A stretch of DNA of 64,000 bases from the NCBI GenBank assembly GCA_002269645.1, contig NIVC01001735.1, forward strand, positions 1 to 64,000. The letters run 5' to 3'. Below are positions 12,901 through 23,650 of this stretch, piece after piece. This DNA comes from Macrostomum lignano (taxonomy: Eukaryota). The position numbers and the translations under genes were made by a program. The stretch's first letter is position 1; the number at the start of each line of letters is the position of its first letter. Under the pieces are notes generated by a model. It did not search any database, had not been told where the DNA came from, and saw nothing but the letters and a program-made list of their open reading frames with translations.

Positions 12901-14624
12901 CGCTCTACCCGTGGCTAAGCGCCGTCAATTTCAGCGGCAGCATGGGCGACAAGATGCAGCTGGTTAAGATCAGACGGGACCACGTCCGGGAAGACCTGCT
13001 CAACTTTTTGACCAACAGCGAGTTTCAGAAGATGTCCAGCGCTCAGGTTATTATGCAGCAGTACATTGAGCGGCCGCTGGTGGCCGACAAGCGCAAGTTC
13101 GACCTGAGAGTCTACATGCTGGTGGTCAATCCCAAGCGGGCCAGGACCGATCCATCTGGCTGCACTGAGGGTGAGTGCTGAGTGCCCAGTCTGTAGTCTC
13201 TATCTTTTAGCGTTAAAATGCTCCTGAAATTTCATTGCCATCCTACTGTGTGTCTGCCATGGTAGAAATTTACTGGCCTGTTCCGCACAGAAAATATATT
13301 GGTTGTTGGATTGGCATTAATCTGTGAGACGCTCATTAGGTTAAGTGCTGGGTATTTTTTAACCGACTCTATATTTTTAGTCTGTACTTCCCTCAAGGCT
13401 GATGATGAGACCAGAGATACTTTCGGAATGGATGCGAACTCGCGTTCACACCGTCATCAATTGAGCCATCAAAAAGCGCATGATTGATTTACAAAGGGAC
13501 GAAAGTACATGTACGTATGTACATCACGCAAAATCAACCTTATACGAGCTATTTAAATGGTGTGAATGGGACTTAAATTTTTGGAGCAAAATATCGAAAA
13601 ATTTTGTGGAGTTTCGTGTGCATGCACTCAAAGGGCGTCGCCATGCACCGAGGGCAGGGGGGACGGACATGCCAGTGCTTTGTCCCCCCCCACCAAACCT
13701 CGTGACCCATTATGGAAATCAATAACTTTGCTTCAGGGCGACAAAATATAGTGCCTGTGGCGCCAAAATGAGTGTCTGCGGCGCCAAATGAGCGCTGACA
13801 ACGCCTTATTCTGGAAATAATGTACACCACCAAAAAATCTATGGCGACGCCCCCGCATGCACTGCTGAGCTGTGTAAACTCGGATTGTATCGTTTCGAGA
13901 AATCTCGATACACTGCAAAGTAGATTCTGTAGCATTACCGATGAATTTAACTACGAACGTATTTGCATTGCATGCACCTTGAAACCAATGATCGCTTTGT
14001 AAATAACTTTTTGCAGACTGCGAGATGGGCTACTTTGTGTTCATGCACCCGGGCTTCGTGCGGCTCAGCTCGCTGCCCTACAATGCCGCCTCGCCGGACC
14101 TGGCCGTCCACCTCACCAACCAGAGCGTGCAGGCCAAGCAGACAAGGACGTTCGGCCAGCTCAAGGAAGTCACCACCTGGTTTCCGGACGAGCTCAATGA
14201 CTACTTCAACAAGCGGCACCGGCTGCGGGATCGTGACTGGGCCAAGCGGGAGCTGTACCCGAAGATCGGCGCCCTGCTGGGCTACGTGTCGGCCGTGTTC
14301 CGCTACTTCCTCGACGATCGCGACTGTCCGAGCAACGCGTTTCGCATCCTCGGCGTCGACTTTCTGATTGACGACGAGCTCCGAGTCTACCTGCTGGAGT
14401 TCAACGCCTACCCGGCCTGGGGCTGCCAGACCTCCGTGCTTGCCGCGCTGAAGCCCAGCCTGTGGCGCGAGGCCGTCTGCCTGTCCAGCGAGGTGGCGAT
14501 TCGCTTCCGGAGCCGCCTGCCGGTGGCCGAGCAGCACCTGGTCACCAGGCAGGACTTCGGCCTGGTGTTCAGCTCCGAGGAGCCGGAACTGGCCCGGCGA
14601 AATATTGCTAAGATTTACAAATGA
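6935..14624 (+). CDS. TTLL10: Tubulin-tyrosine ligase-like protein, TTLL10-like (tubulin glycylase), 6 exons, ~481 aa
   Basis: Exons 6935-7155, 11684-11814, 12165-12377, 12567-12603, 12935-13170, 14017-14624; all GT-AG, phases consistent, 1446 nt total. TTL motifs: YLAKPVGGSMG, QQYIERPL, KFDLRVY, HLTNQ, FRILGVDFLIDDELRVYLLEFNAYP. The C-terminal half best resembles TTLL10; subfamily call is from memory of the family. Confidence 0.82.
7345..10260. repeat. 30-bp minisatellite (ACTGGAGCTGGTGATAGTCCTCAGTGTGTG)n in TTLL10 intron 1, within a ~1.3-kb higher-order tandem duplication
   Basis: The unique spacer at 7228-7345 recurs at 8592-8710 (offset 1364), each copy followed by a near-identical array. 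Confidence 0.92.
10263..11489. mobile_element. Non-autonomous Mutator-like/foldback DNA transposon with 9-bp TSD
   Basis: TSD CTGGTGAGC at 10254-10262 and 11490-11498. GGG termini. Inverted arms built of a 14-bp repeat (GAAATCTGCTAGAC left, GTCTAGCAGATTTC right). AT-rich non-coding core. Confidence 0.85.
11838..12164. repeat. 53-bp tandem array in TTLL10 intron 2; each unit ends in a polypyrimidine tract + ATCAG
   Basis: Unit CTGGTGTCCCAACTACCTGACCCAGCCTCGCACCTGTCCCTCTCCGCTATCAG, ~6 copies. The last copy is the real acceptor. Confidence 0.85.
13629..13855. mobile_element. hAT-like MITE (227 bp) in TTLL10 intron 5
   Basis: 8-bp TSD CATGCACT (13621-13628, 13856-13863); TIR core GGGCGTCGCCAT / ATGGCGACGCCC. 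Confidence 0.75.
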
Positions 14625-16423
14625 GATAAAGAAACGAATTTTATTTATTACCGCATCCATGGCGTGCCTTTCATTTAAATTGATTTGAAAATGACTTTTA
14701 ATATCCTCAGACGCCAGCTTTTACAGTTTGGAGCAATGCAAGCTGCATGAAATGCCGAGAATGTTTTTGCAAGTCGCCTTGATGTCAATTTTGTGGTGCA
14801 GTGAATAACTGTAGAGCTGTAAAAATTGTATTATTGGTAAGACTCTGAAATACTAATTTATGATCCACTTTTTGGATACTGCGTTGAATACACATATGTA
14901 ATAATTTGTATTGAACACATGTACTCACATGCAGTACTGAATGTATGCAAGCAGAATATTTTTGTCTCTCAATTTTGTCAACTAAAAACCTGTAATATAT
15001 ACGGCCTTACTGTAGTAGCTAAACTTTAAGCTAAAACGAGATGCTTTCGGACATCGTCTTAACTCTTAATCAATCAATATACGAGCGTATATATGATTTT
15101 GTTATGTCAGCAGTGATTTGCATGATTCTCTACAAGAAGTAGCTCGTATAAAGAGCAGTGCGCTGTTTGGTTAATACGCTCGTATAGCTAATAAGCGTTG
15201 CTTAACCATTCACGGACTGTGTCGTTTATGTGTCGTCACTGAAAGTTACAAGTCACACTAAGAATATACGTAGTGTACTACGCGGTAATAATTGGAGAGA
15301 GAAGGCTCCGCATCTTAGCCCTTATGGCAAGTACATAAACTACAAGTGTACATGTACATTAGGATTAAACTAAGAAAAAACATGTATTTTACGGCTCTCA
15401 TTACATTTACACTCCGATGCTACTTTAACTGTATGGCGCGCATTAAGCGGCTAGAGCGACTTATAGATGCATGAAAAAACACACTACTACAACAAGTACA
15501 TGAGTGTACATGCAAAATCTTATCAACAGTGTATGGATCAGTATACATATGTAGTATCGTGGCGGTGAGAAACAGTGAAGTCAGTTTTTTGGTAGAGCAG
15601 TGAATGAATGCGTCTTAATTATTCCGGATGGGAGCCTAGTCGGGGCCCAAAACATGTAAAAAATTACTACTGATGGCCCGCGAACTGAGGGTGCAGCATC
15701 TAAGTGACACTTACACAGTGCAAAAATATCCCTCCTGAGAGAGAAATTAGGGGCAGGCGGCCAGCTGGCTGTGGGACCCGCGGGCCAGTGGCCTAACTTT
15801 TAGGGCTCTCTGGAGGATGCACCGATGAAGCAATAGGGTCCAAAACCGGCTTCCGCAACTCCGACGGCGCGAGGCTCGGAGGCTGTAGAAGCGTATAGGC
15901 CTCTCTGGCAGAAGTTATCGGAAAGACTAAAATTACTGAAAATAGTTTCTGGTTATTTTCTTTTTTAAACTGGTAGAAACAAAGTTCAGGCGGTGGCACT
16001 TAAAATTTTTTTTAAAACCTATTAGTTTTGAACGTTTTTTTTTTTGAAAGTAAGCTTTTGTGCAATTTTAATTTAAAGAACTTCTGATATTTTTGAGCTG
16101 ATCGATCGATCATGCTCTATTTGTAAATTTGCCGACAGCTTTACGTGGGTACGTCGTCACGATGCCAAGTTGCAGGGCTAGGGCAATCTGGCTCTGGCAT
16201 GTCTGGTTTTTATGCTATACAATAGGCCCCTAGACCTTGCCAAAGCCTAGTATTGTGTTAATGTGTTAAAGCCAGATGTGTTAATAATTAAGCCAGGACT
16301 AAGAAGGACTGAAAGCTGGGTTTTTTTTTTCGCCAGAGATAAGGTGCGAAATCGCACCTTGTGCTAAATTTCAAGGTGCGATTTTAAGGCTCAGAGTGCA
16401 ATTTCTCTTGAGTCTTGTTTAGA

Positions 16424-18910
16424 ATGTGAGGGTTTCACAAGAGATATTCAGACAGACATTCGAAACGATCGTCTGGAACTTTAAACAAAATTGACCCGCT
16501 TCAACCATCTTTTTGGCAAATACTTACGCAAGTGTTGGGCGTCGAATAAGCTTTAATTTATTAACTGAAGTAAAAATCCTTCTGACATACATTGATTTAA
16601 AAATTGCTTAGCAACACTAGCTCTGATTAGAAATCGCTTTACTGTTGACTAAAATTGTTTTGATCGTAGCAGCCTAAAAGCAGATACTGGATTTAAAAAT
16701 GCTTCGATTTACTCTATACGCATGTCTCAGCTTTAAAATGACACCTCAGGCGTCACAAAAGACAGCTTTGATGCTGAGATATTCGACACTAAACATGCAT
16801 TGCTTTGCGCAATCTCACATTCAGAAATTTCACTGATTTTTTGTCGATATTTGTGCAGTTGCCGTGTCCTTGTTTTTCATCAGAAACTTGTCAAATTCTA
16901 GTCATGTCCAGTTTAAACCTGGACTTCTCTTAAACTGTCTTAAGTATTTGATTTTTAATGATTCCTGCCTTTATATTGCATAGATTGTACCTGAGTCAGT
17001 GAGTCTGTGAGTGTACATTTGTACATATGGCAACCAATCATGACTTTTTCACCGCTTTGCGGTTCAAATAAATATACGAGTGTACGAGAAACATGTTCCA
17101 ACTGTTATTGAGAGAAATTGACGTCGCGTTTATTAACAGTCAGTGGCAATTAATATGAAGCAAATAGTTTATTGTTATGTTTTTACTTTTTTTGCGTGGC
17201 AATTCTGCTATCCAAATCGGAATGAGGTAAGCGGTGGGAATAAAATAAAAAGGAAGAATTTTTTCTACTGTTGTTGCAACCCAATAGCTATATGTACTTC
17301 AAACTTTTTAGATTGAACTGGCGATTTCTAATGTACTGCTAAGCTTTCCAATCCCTACGGACTACAGTAGCAGTTCTTAACTTTTTTTCTGTCTTGACTT
17401 CTAGACTCGGAATTCGGAACAACCTAAGGAGCCGCATGAAAATATTTAATTGGATAAAGATATTTTCTATAAACAGCTCAAGTCGTGACACATCTTCTTC
17501 TCACCTCAGTCCATCAACTGCTGCTCCTTCTGAGACCAAAGCGATCGTGAAAGTAAAACAGATCAGTTTAGATCCCATGGCCATGAATACAACCATTTCA
17601 ATTGTGAACCTGCTTCGCTTACAAGTACGAGCACTAGCCTTCCATTTGATGCCATTAGCTCACTTAACTCTGAAATAGTTCAAGGACGGTTCCAAATGTT
17701 GAGATCTGACATAGAAGCAGTCCAATTTGTGGAAATTTATCAACTGGACTCCATGAATCACTCCAATGAAAGGCGGCGAATAGCTGCAGAATGCGTAAAC
17801 AAGTTTAAGTGAGTCACAAAAACCCCATTTACTGTAACTACATACACTTGTACGTTAGCAAGGCTCCATGCGATGGTTAATAAATGGAGAAGTAGACAAG
17901 CATCTGAACAAATATTGAATAAAAATCAGTGAAGTTTCCGAATGTGAGTTTGAGCAAAGCAATGTTTAGTGTCGAATATCTCAGCATCAAAGCTGTCTTT
18001 TGCAATGCCTGAGGTGTCATTTTAAAGCTGAGACATGCGTATAGACATGACTAGAATTTGACAAGATTCTGATGAAAAACAAGGACATGGCAACTGCACA
18101 AATATCGACAAAAAATCAGTGAAATTTCTGAATGTGAGATTGCGCAAAGCAATGCATGTTTAGTGTCGAATATCTCAGCATCAAAGCTGTCTTTTGCGAC
18201 GCCTGAGGTGTCATTTTAAAGCTGAGACATGCGTATAGAGTAAATCGAAGCATTTTTAAATCCAGTATCTGCTTTTAGACTGCTACGATCAAAACAATTT
18301 TAGTCAACAGTAAAGCGATTTCTAATCAGAGCTAGTGTTGCTAAGCAATTTTTAAATCAATGTATGTCAGAAGGATTTTTACTTCAGTTAATAAATTAAA
18401 GCTTATTCGACGCCCAACACTTGCGTAAGTATTTGCCAAAAAGATGGTTGAAGCGGGTCAATTTTGTTTGAAGTTACAGACAATCATTTTGAATGTCTGT
18501 CTGAATGGGTCTCCCTAAAACACGCCCCGCACCGCCCTGCAGCGCTACACATTAAAACAAATTGGACTATAACTAAAGATACTTCAGAATGCGTTTTCTG
18601 TTAAGCTTCAAGTTTTTATTAAATTTAGTTTTTTTACTTTGAAATATAAAATTCGGTGAACAATAAGTGATATTAATAATAATATTAATAAAATAATAAT
18701 ATTATAATTTAATAATGAAAACGAGAATATAAAAAATAATAATATTTAAAAAAATAAATAAAGATATTTATTCCATTACTATTTTAACTTTTCCTTGCAA
18801 TCAAATACTGCATTGACAAAAAATGTTATAATGTGTAGCAGTTCGGGGCCCGGTGTGGGGCGTGTTTTAGGGAGCCTTTGTCTGAATATCTCTCGTGAAA
18901 CCCTCACATT
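16424..18910. repeat. ~480-bp inverted repeat arms inside the hAT-like element
   Basis: 16424-16907 is the reverse complement of 18043-18506 + 18888-18910. The right arm is split by a later insertion and has a partial inner duplicate at ~17925-18043. Confidence 0.88.
18507..18878. mobile_element. Mutator-like MITE (372 bp) nested in the right inverted arm
   Basis: 9-bp TSD TGTCTGAAT (18498-18506, 18879-18887); the left arm preserves the empty site. TIR CTCCCTAAAACACGCCCC / GGGGCGTGTTTTAGGGAG; very AT-rich core. Confidence 0.85.
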
Positions 18911-19821
18911 GCTCACATTTCAGACAACTGGGAATGTATATTTTAATATCTTACATAAGGCTATAGCTATAGGCTATATCGCCTATATGACTTAATAGGA
19001 TTTAAAGAGTTATTTTGTTTCATATTTTAAGGCAGTGCATAAAAAATAGCTTAAGCATGGTTAAGCCTTTAAAGAAAAATGGTTATAAGACCGCACCTAA
19101 ACCGCACCTACTTTTTTAATTTCAGGGTGCGATTTTAAAATTTAGGGTGCATACGCACACTCTGCGCACAAAAAAAAACCCTGACTGAAAGAGAGGAATA
19201 ATTTTTTATCATCTTCAAGTAATAGGCCTAGCTGTCCTCAATCAAAACTGGTGTGGTACCGCTCAGTTAAATACAACAAGATACGCAGCAAAAAGTAGGG
19301 TAGGCCTTGCCCCAAGGCCAAAATAGCATAACTAGCTACATAAGGGGATAACGAGTACAGTGATAACAGTCCATTGACTAGGTCTATAGCTAGCTATAGG
19401 TCTAGGCTAGGCCTACTATTTGCTAGGCCCTATGTCAATGACAGTGGCACACAAAGATAGGCCCCTAGTTCGTCATAAGCCATAAGCCATACTCCATAGT
19501 CTCCACAGACCATACCTTAGCGATAGACCTAAGAATAGAGCCATAGGCATAGAGTCAAGGATGTAGCATAGTCTCTAGGCTTAGCACTAATTGCCAAATA
19601 TAAGGCCTAAGCAGAGAAGCATCTGGATTTTTTGCTAGTGCTAAAATGCAAAATTGCATTCAGGGTCTAATTTCAAGATATGATTTGGAAACTGGAAAGT
19701 TAGGATATTATATAGGCCCCTAGCATCTCTAGGCTAGGCCTAGTAGTGGTAGTACTATAATATAGCCTGGGGTTTTTTTGCTGGCACTAAGATAGGATAC
19801 AAAATTGTATTAAGGTCTAAT

Positions 19822-20000
19822 CAGGGACTACTCAAACACCGGGACAGGAAACTAAAATTTTTTACGAGGCTGGCTGGCAATTATTTGCATTAGAGAGATG
19901 CTGTGTTACTTTGTTGTCTATGGTTATTTTCTACTGCTGATAAAAGACCAGCCTTGTAAAAAAATCCTAGTTTCCCATCCTGGTGTTTGAGTAGTCCCTG
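19822..20000. mobile_element. hAT MITE (179 bp)
   Basis: TIR CAGGGACTACTCAAACACC / GGTGTTTGAGTAGTCCCTG; 8-bp TSD GGTCTAAT (19814-19821, 20001-20008). Confidence 0.9.
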
Positions 20001-20065
20001 GGTCTAATTTAAAGATGCAATTTTAAAATATTAGACCCTAGCTATCACAATTCTATATATAATAT

Positions 20066-20885
20066 TGGCATTCTTTCATCTTACGATGCCCAAAATTGTA
20101 TCTGTTTCGTCTTATGATGCCCATGTTAAATAAGCAAGAAGGCTTTAAAAATATATACTTTATGACAGAAGAGTGCAGTGTTTCAGAGGTCTTAAATTCA
20201 GTCACATAGTTGGTTTGTACTTCTGACTGTATTTCCATGGAAATGTCACAACTCATGCACTTTAACATTGTGTCCACCCTCATTAGCAACTGAAGCTGTT
20301 GAGCCATTATAATCCGTTTCGTTTTACGATACCTTATGAATAATTACAACATCTGGGGCATTGCGAAACGAAATGGATATAATAGCTGGCTAGTAAATAT
20401 TGAGCAACACAGAAGTCAATGAGTTTTGTAATTTGTAATGCTTGAAAAGAACAGTCAAGTAAGTTCAACAGACTCCCAATCAATGTTGAACAATTAGGCA
20501 TCAGACGTTGACGGCACTCTTTGACTCAAACTCATACATTACATAAAGAGTCCTTGTGAATTGATAAAGAAGAGGAGACAAAAGCAGTAAACCAATTTAA
20601 GGACCCGAAGTAACCTCCCCTCACTTTCATTTTGCAATGCCCATAATGGACTGAATTACACCAAAGGCATTGTAAAACAAAACGGAATATATAGCTTGCC
20701 TTTCATTAATGAACAACAATCCGTCAAGTATACAAAATACAAAATACATGTATAGCCATAAAACGAAAATTATTCAGAAACTACACTATCACGCCTATAC
20801 CATATGCTTTTTATAGGCATCGTAAAATGAACGGGGGCCATCCCATTGAAATGCATAGCAGGCATCGTAAGACAAAAGAATGCCA
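20066..20885. mobile_element. Non-autonomous TIR element (820 bp) with apparent 6-bp TSD; superfamily unclear
   Basis: 25-bp TIR TGGCATTCTTT(CA/TG)TCTTACGATGCC (23/25 match); flanking TAATAT at 20060-20065 and 20886-20891. Confidence 0.65.
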
Positions 20886-22770
20886 TAATATTTTCTATTA
20901 AATATATATAAAGGCAACTGCCAACTAAGAAAAGAACTATATTATAGCTTTCTATTATATATTATTATTATTTGTAGCTTATATTTAGAAGCAGAAAGTA
21001 TTTCTTAATTGCTTAAATTTAACTATCTCATCTATATCTAAGAATAATATATTAGTAGCCTAGGTCCCTATCCTTTAATAACTTTGATATCAGAGCTTCT
21101 AGGCCTACATGCTTAAGCGCAACCTAGGGATTCACCCGTCTATTTCTATTGGCAACACATACATATAAGTCGCTATTGGACAGAATAGTAGTCATATGAC
21201 TGCTCTCAGCCCATAGCCACTTATATATGTATATACTATATTTCCAATAGAAATGGCAAAGTGATTCCTAGGGTTGCACATGTATATAGGCCTATATTTA
21301 ATTTTAACCATAGCTGGTCTAATCTTATTTCATAAGATTATGGCCTTGCATGCCAAAAGTAAGTGTACAAAGTTAGTATATATCATTCCTAAGAAAATAG
21401 TGTAAGTATATACATGGTATGCACTTCAAAGAATCATACGGAAAAGTTATTGTAAAGTAGAAAAAAAGGATGAAAATGGGTTCATTTTAAGCATAAATTT
21501 CTAGGCTTCCAGGTTTTTAAGCTTGTAATAAAGCATTTAAACAAATCTTTGCATATATTAATTTTCCACTATAAATGGTATTGTCAAAAAAGCAGAAAAA
21601 TGAACCAAATCATTTGCCAAAAAGCTTTATTATGCAATTCAAAAAAGGTCATTTATTGTCACAGTGTAAAAAGGTCATTTATTGTTGCAATACTGGCGTA
21701 GTTTTGAAAATAGGCATATACATAATTTATTTTCAGCATGCATTTGTAATTATTCAATTTTTGTTCAGGCATGCATCTAGGCCTAGCATGATCTGGACTA
21801 TGGTATTAGGGTTGATAGTCATTTTATCTAATGACAATTTGTTTGCTACTAAATATTAAATTTAAAGTCAATGTTATAATATTATAATAAGATAGTAATT
21901 AAATAACAAAATCATTTTTAATAGTTGTGATAACTGACAACTAATGTTAGGCTATTAGAGATATGACATAAGCATATATAAAATAATAATTCCTCTATTT
22001 TTTATTTATATTCAACTAATAATTACCTATCTATTTGTTTATCATTTATAGAATATTATAATAGATAAACTATAAATCATAAATCATCCTGACTAAAAGA
22101 CAGTTAAATTAAAATTAAAATCTTTTTCTTATTAGATATTTAAATATTATATAATATAGGTTATCATATTTCTCTAAAATATTATAACAAACAAAGTTAC
22201 AGATACAAAATGTTATCTCACCATAAAGTTTTATTTGACTTATAGATCTCATGAAAAAAAGCTTTATAATATATGCAGCTAAATTTAAATTTTTTAAAGT
22301 TTTTTTGCTAGCAGACAAAATGACTATGCGCTTGCATTGGTATACATTTGGATATTGCCTGGCAAAGGTAATATGCTATGGTATAGAATAGCTTGATAAT
22401 ATAAAATTTAGCATGATAGTAAGACATGTCTTAAAGCATGGCATGGGATATTATAATTCTATATTATATAACATACCATAGTTTTTGAAAATAGTTATTG
22501 TTGTAAGTTATCTACTTTATCATATTTATTTTATTGCTACATAAAAAATATTTTTGTGTCAAAAATATTTTAATATATTATGCATATGGTTATAATAAAT
22601 TTTAAAACTTCTTTTTTCTTGTGCATTTTTTAAACAATGTTGCTTATATTTTTAGCTTTTGTTCATTTTGTAAATTATTGTCAATATAAAAACTTATAGA
22701 AAAAGGAAAACAATAGTATGCATAGTGTATAGTTGGCAAGCATAGTGTGCAGTAGGTGTGCAGACAAAAC

Positions 22771-23375
22771 CTCTCAGCAACTCCCCCATAAGCTTAGGCA
22801 TCTCAGCAACTCCCCCATAAGCTTAGGCATCTCAGCAACTCCCCCATAAGCTTAGGCATCTCAGCAACTCCCCCCATAAGCTTAGGCATCTCAGCAACTC
22901 CCCCATAAGCTTAGGCATTTCAGCAACTCCCCTATAAGCTTAGGCATCTCAGCAACTCCCCCATAAGCTTAGGCATCTCAGCAACTCCCCCATAAGCTTA
23001 GGCATCTCAGCAACTCCCCCATAAACTTAGGCATCTCAGCAACTCCCCTATAAGCTTAGGCATCTCAGCAACTCCCCCATAAGCTTAGGCATCTCAGCAA
23101 CTCCCCTATAAGCTTAGGCATCTCAGCAACTCCCCTATAAGCTTAGGCATCTCAGCAACTCCCCTATAAGCTTAGGCATCTCAGCAACTCCCCCATAAGC
23201 TTAGGCATCTTAGCAACCCCATAAGGTTTAAGGTTAGGCATCTCAGCAACTCCCCTATAAGCTTAGGCATCTCAGCAACTCCCCATAAGCTTAGGCATCT
23301 CAGCAACCCCATAAGCTTAGGCATCTCAGCAACCCCATAAGCCTAGCCATCTCAGCAACTCCCCCATAAGCTTAG
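22771..23375. repeat. 29-bp minisatellite (TCTCAGCAACTCCCCCATAAGCTTAGGCA)n upstream of GTF2F2
   Basis: Direct reading. Confidence 0.92.
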
Positions 23376-23599
23376 ATATCACTTCCATGAGCCTCGGCAT
23401 CTCAGCAGCTCCCTCGTGACAACTCATAACTTTGTAAAATAGTATGTAGCGTAAGATTATATCTATCCTATACAATGTTTCTCTTCTAATAAATTTATTG
23501 TTTTGAATACTCGTACATAAATTTAGATCTCTATGCATGTAAATAAACTATATTCATGCAGTGTATTGAAGTTAAAGCAATAATCCCTCAGCCTCAAAA

Positions 23600-23614
23600 A
23601 TGCAGCAACAACAA

Positions 23615-23650
<36 letters not shown>

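Larger units (their letters stand above)
16316..19183. mobile_element. Non-autonomous hAT-like element (2.87 kb)
   Basis: 8-bp TSD ACTGAAAG (16308-16315, 19184-19191). Ends CTGGGTTTTTTTTT and AAAAAAAAACCCTG. Subterminal GGTGCG/CGCACC motifs at both ends. No transposase ORF. Confidence 0.8.

Noticed and set aside
12860-12941. Apparent loss of the TTL catalytic K-P motif (WLSAVNFSGSMG)
   Set aside because: A 37-nt micro-exon (12567-12603) spliced to 12935 restores YLAKPVGGSMG; the upstream text is intronic.
17394-17810. ORFs in the core of the hAT-like element as a transposase
   Set aside because: Short, with no BED finger, DDE or hATC motifs recognisable.
21121-21280. Degenerate MITE with TAGG...CCTA ends
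   Set aside because: Arms only partly match and no TSD could be fixed.
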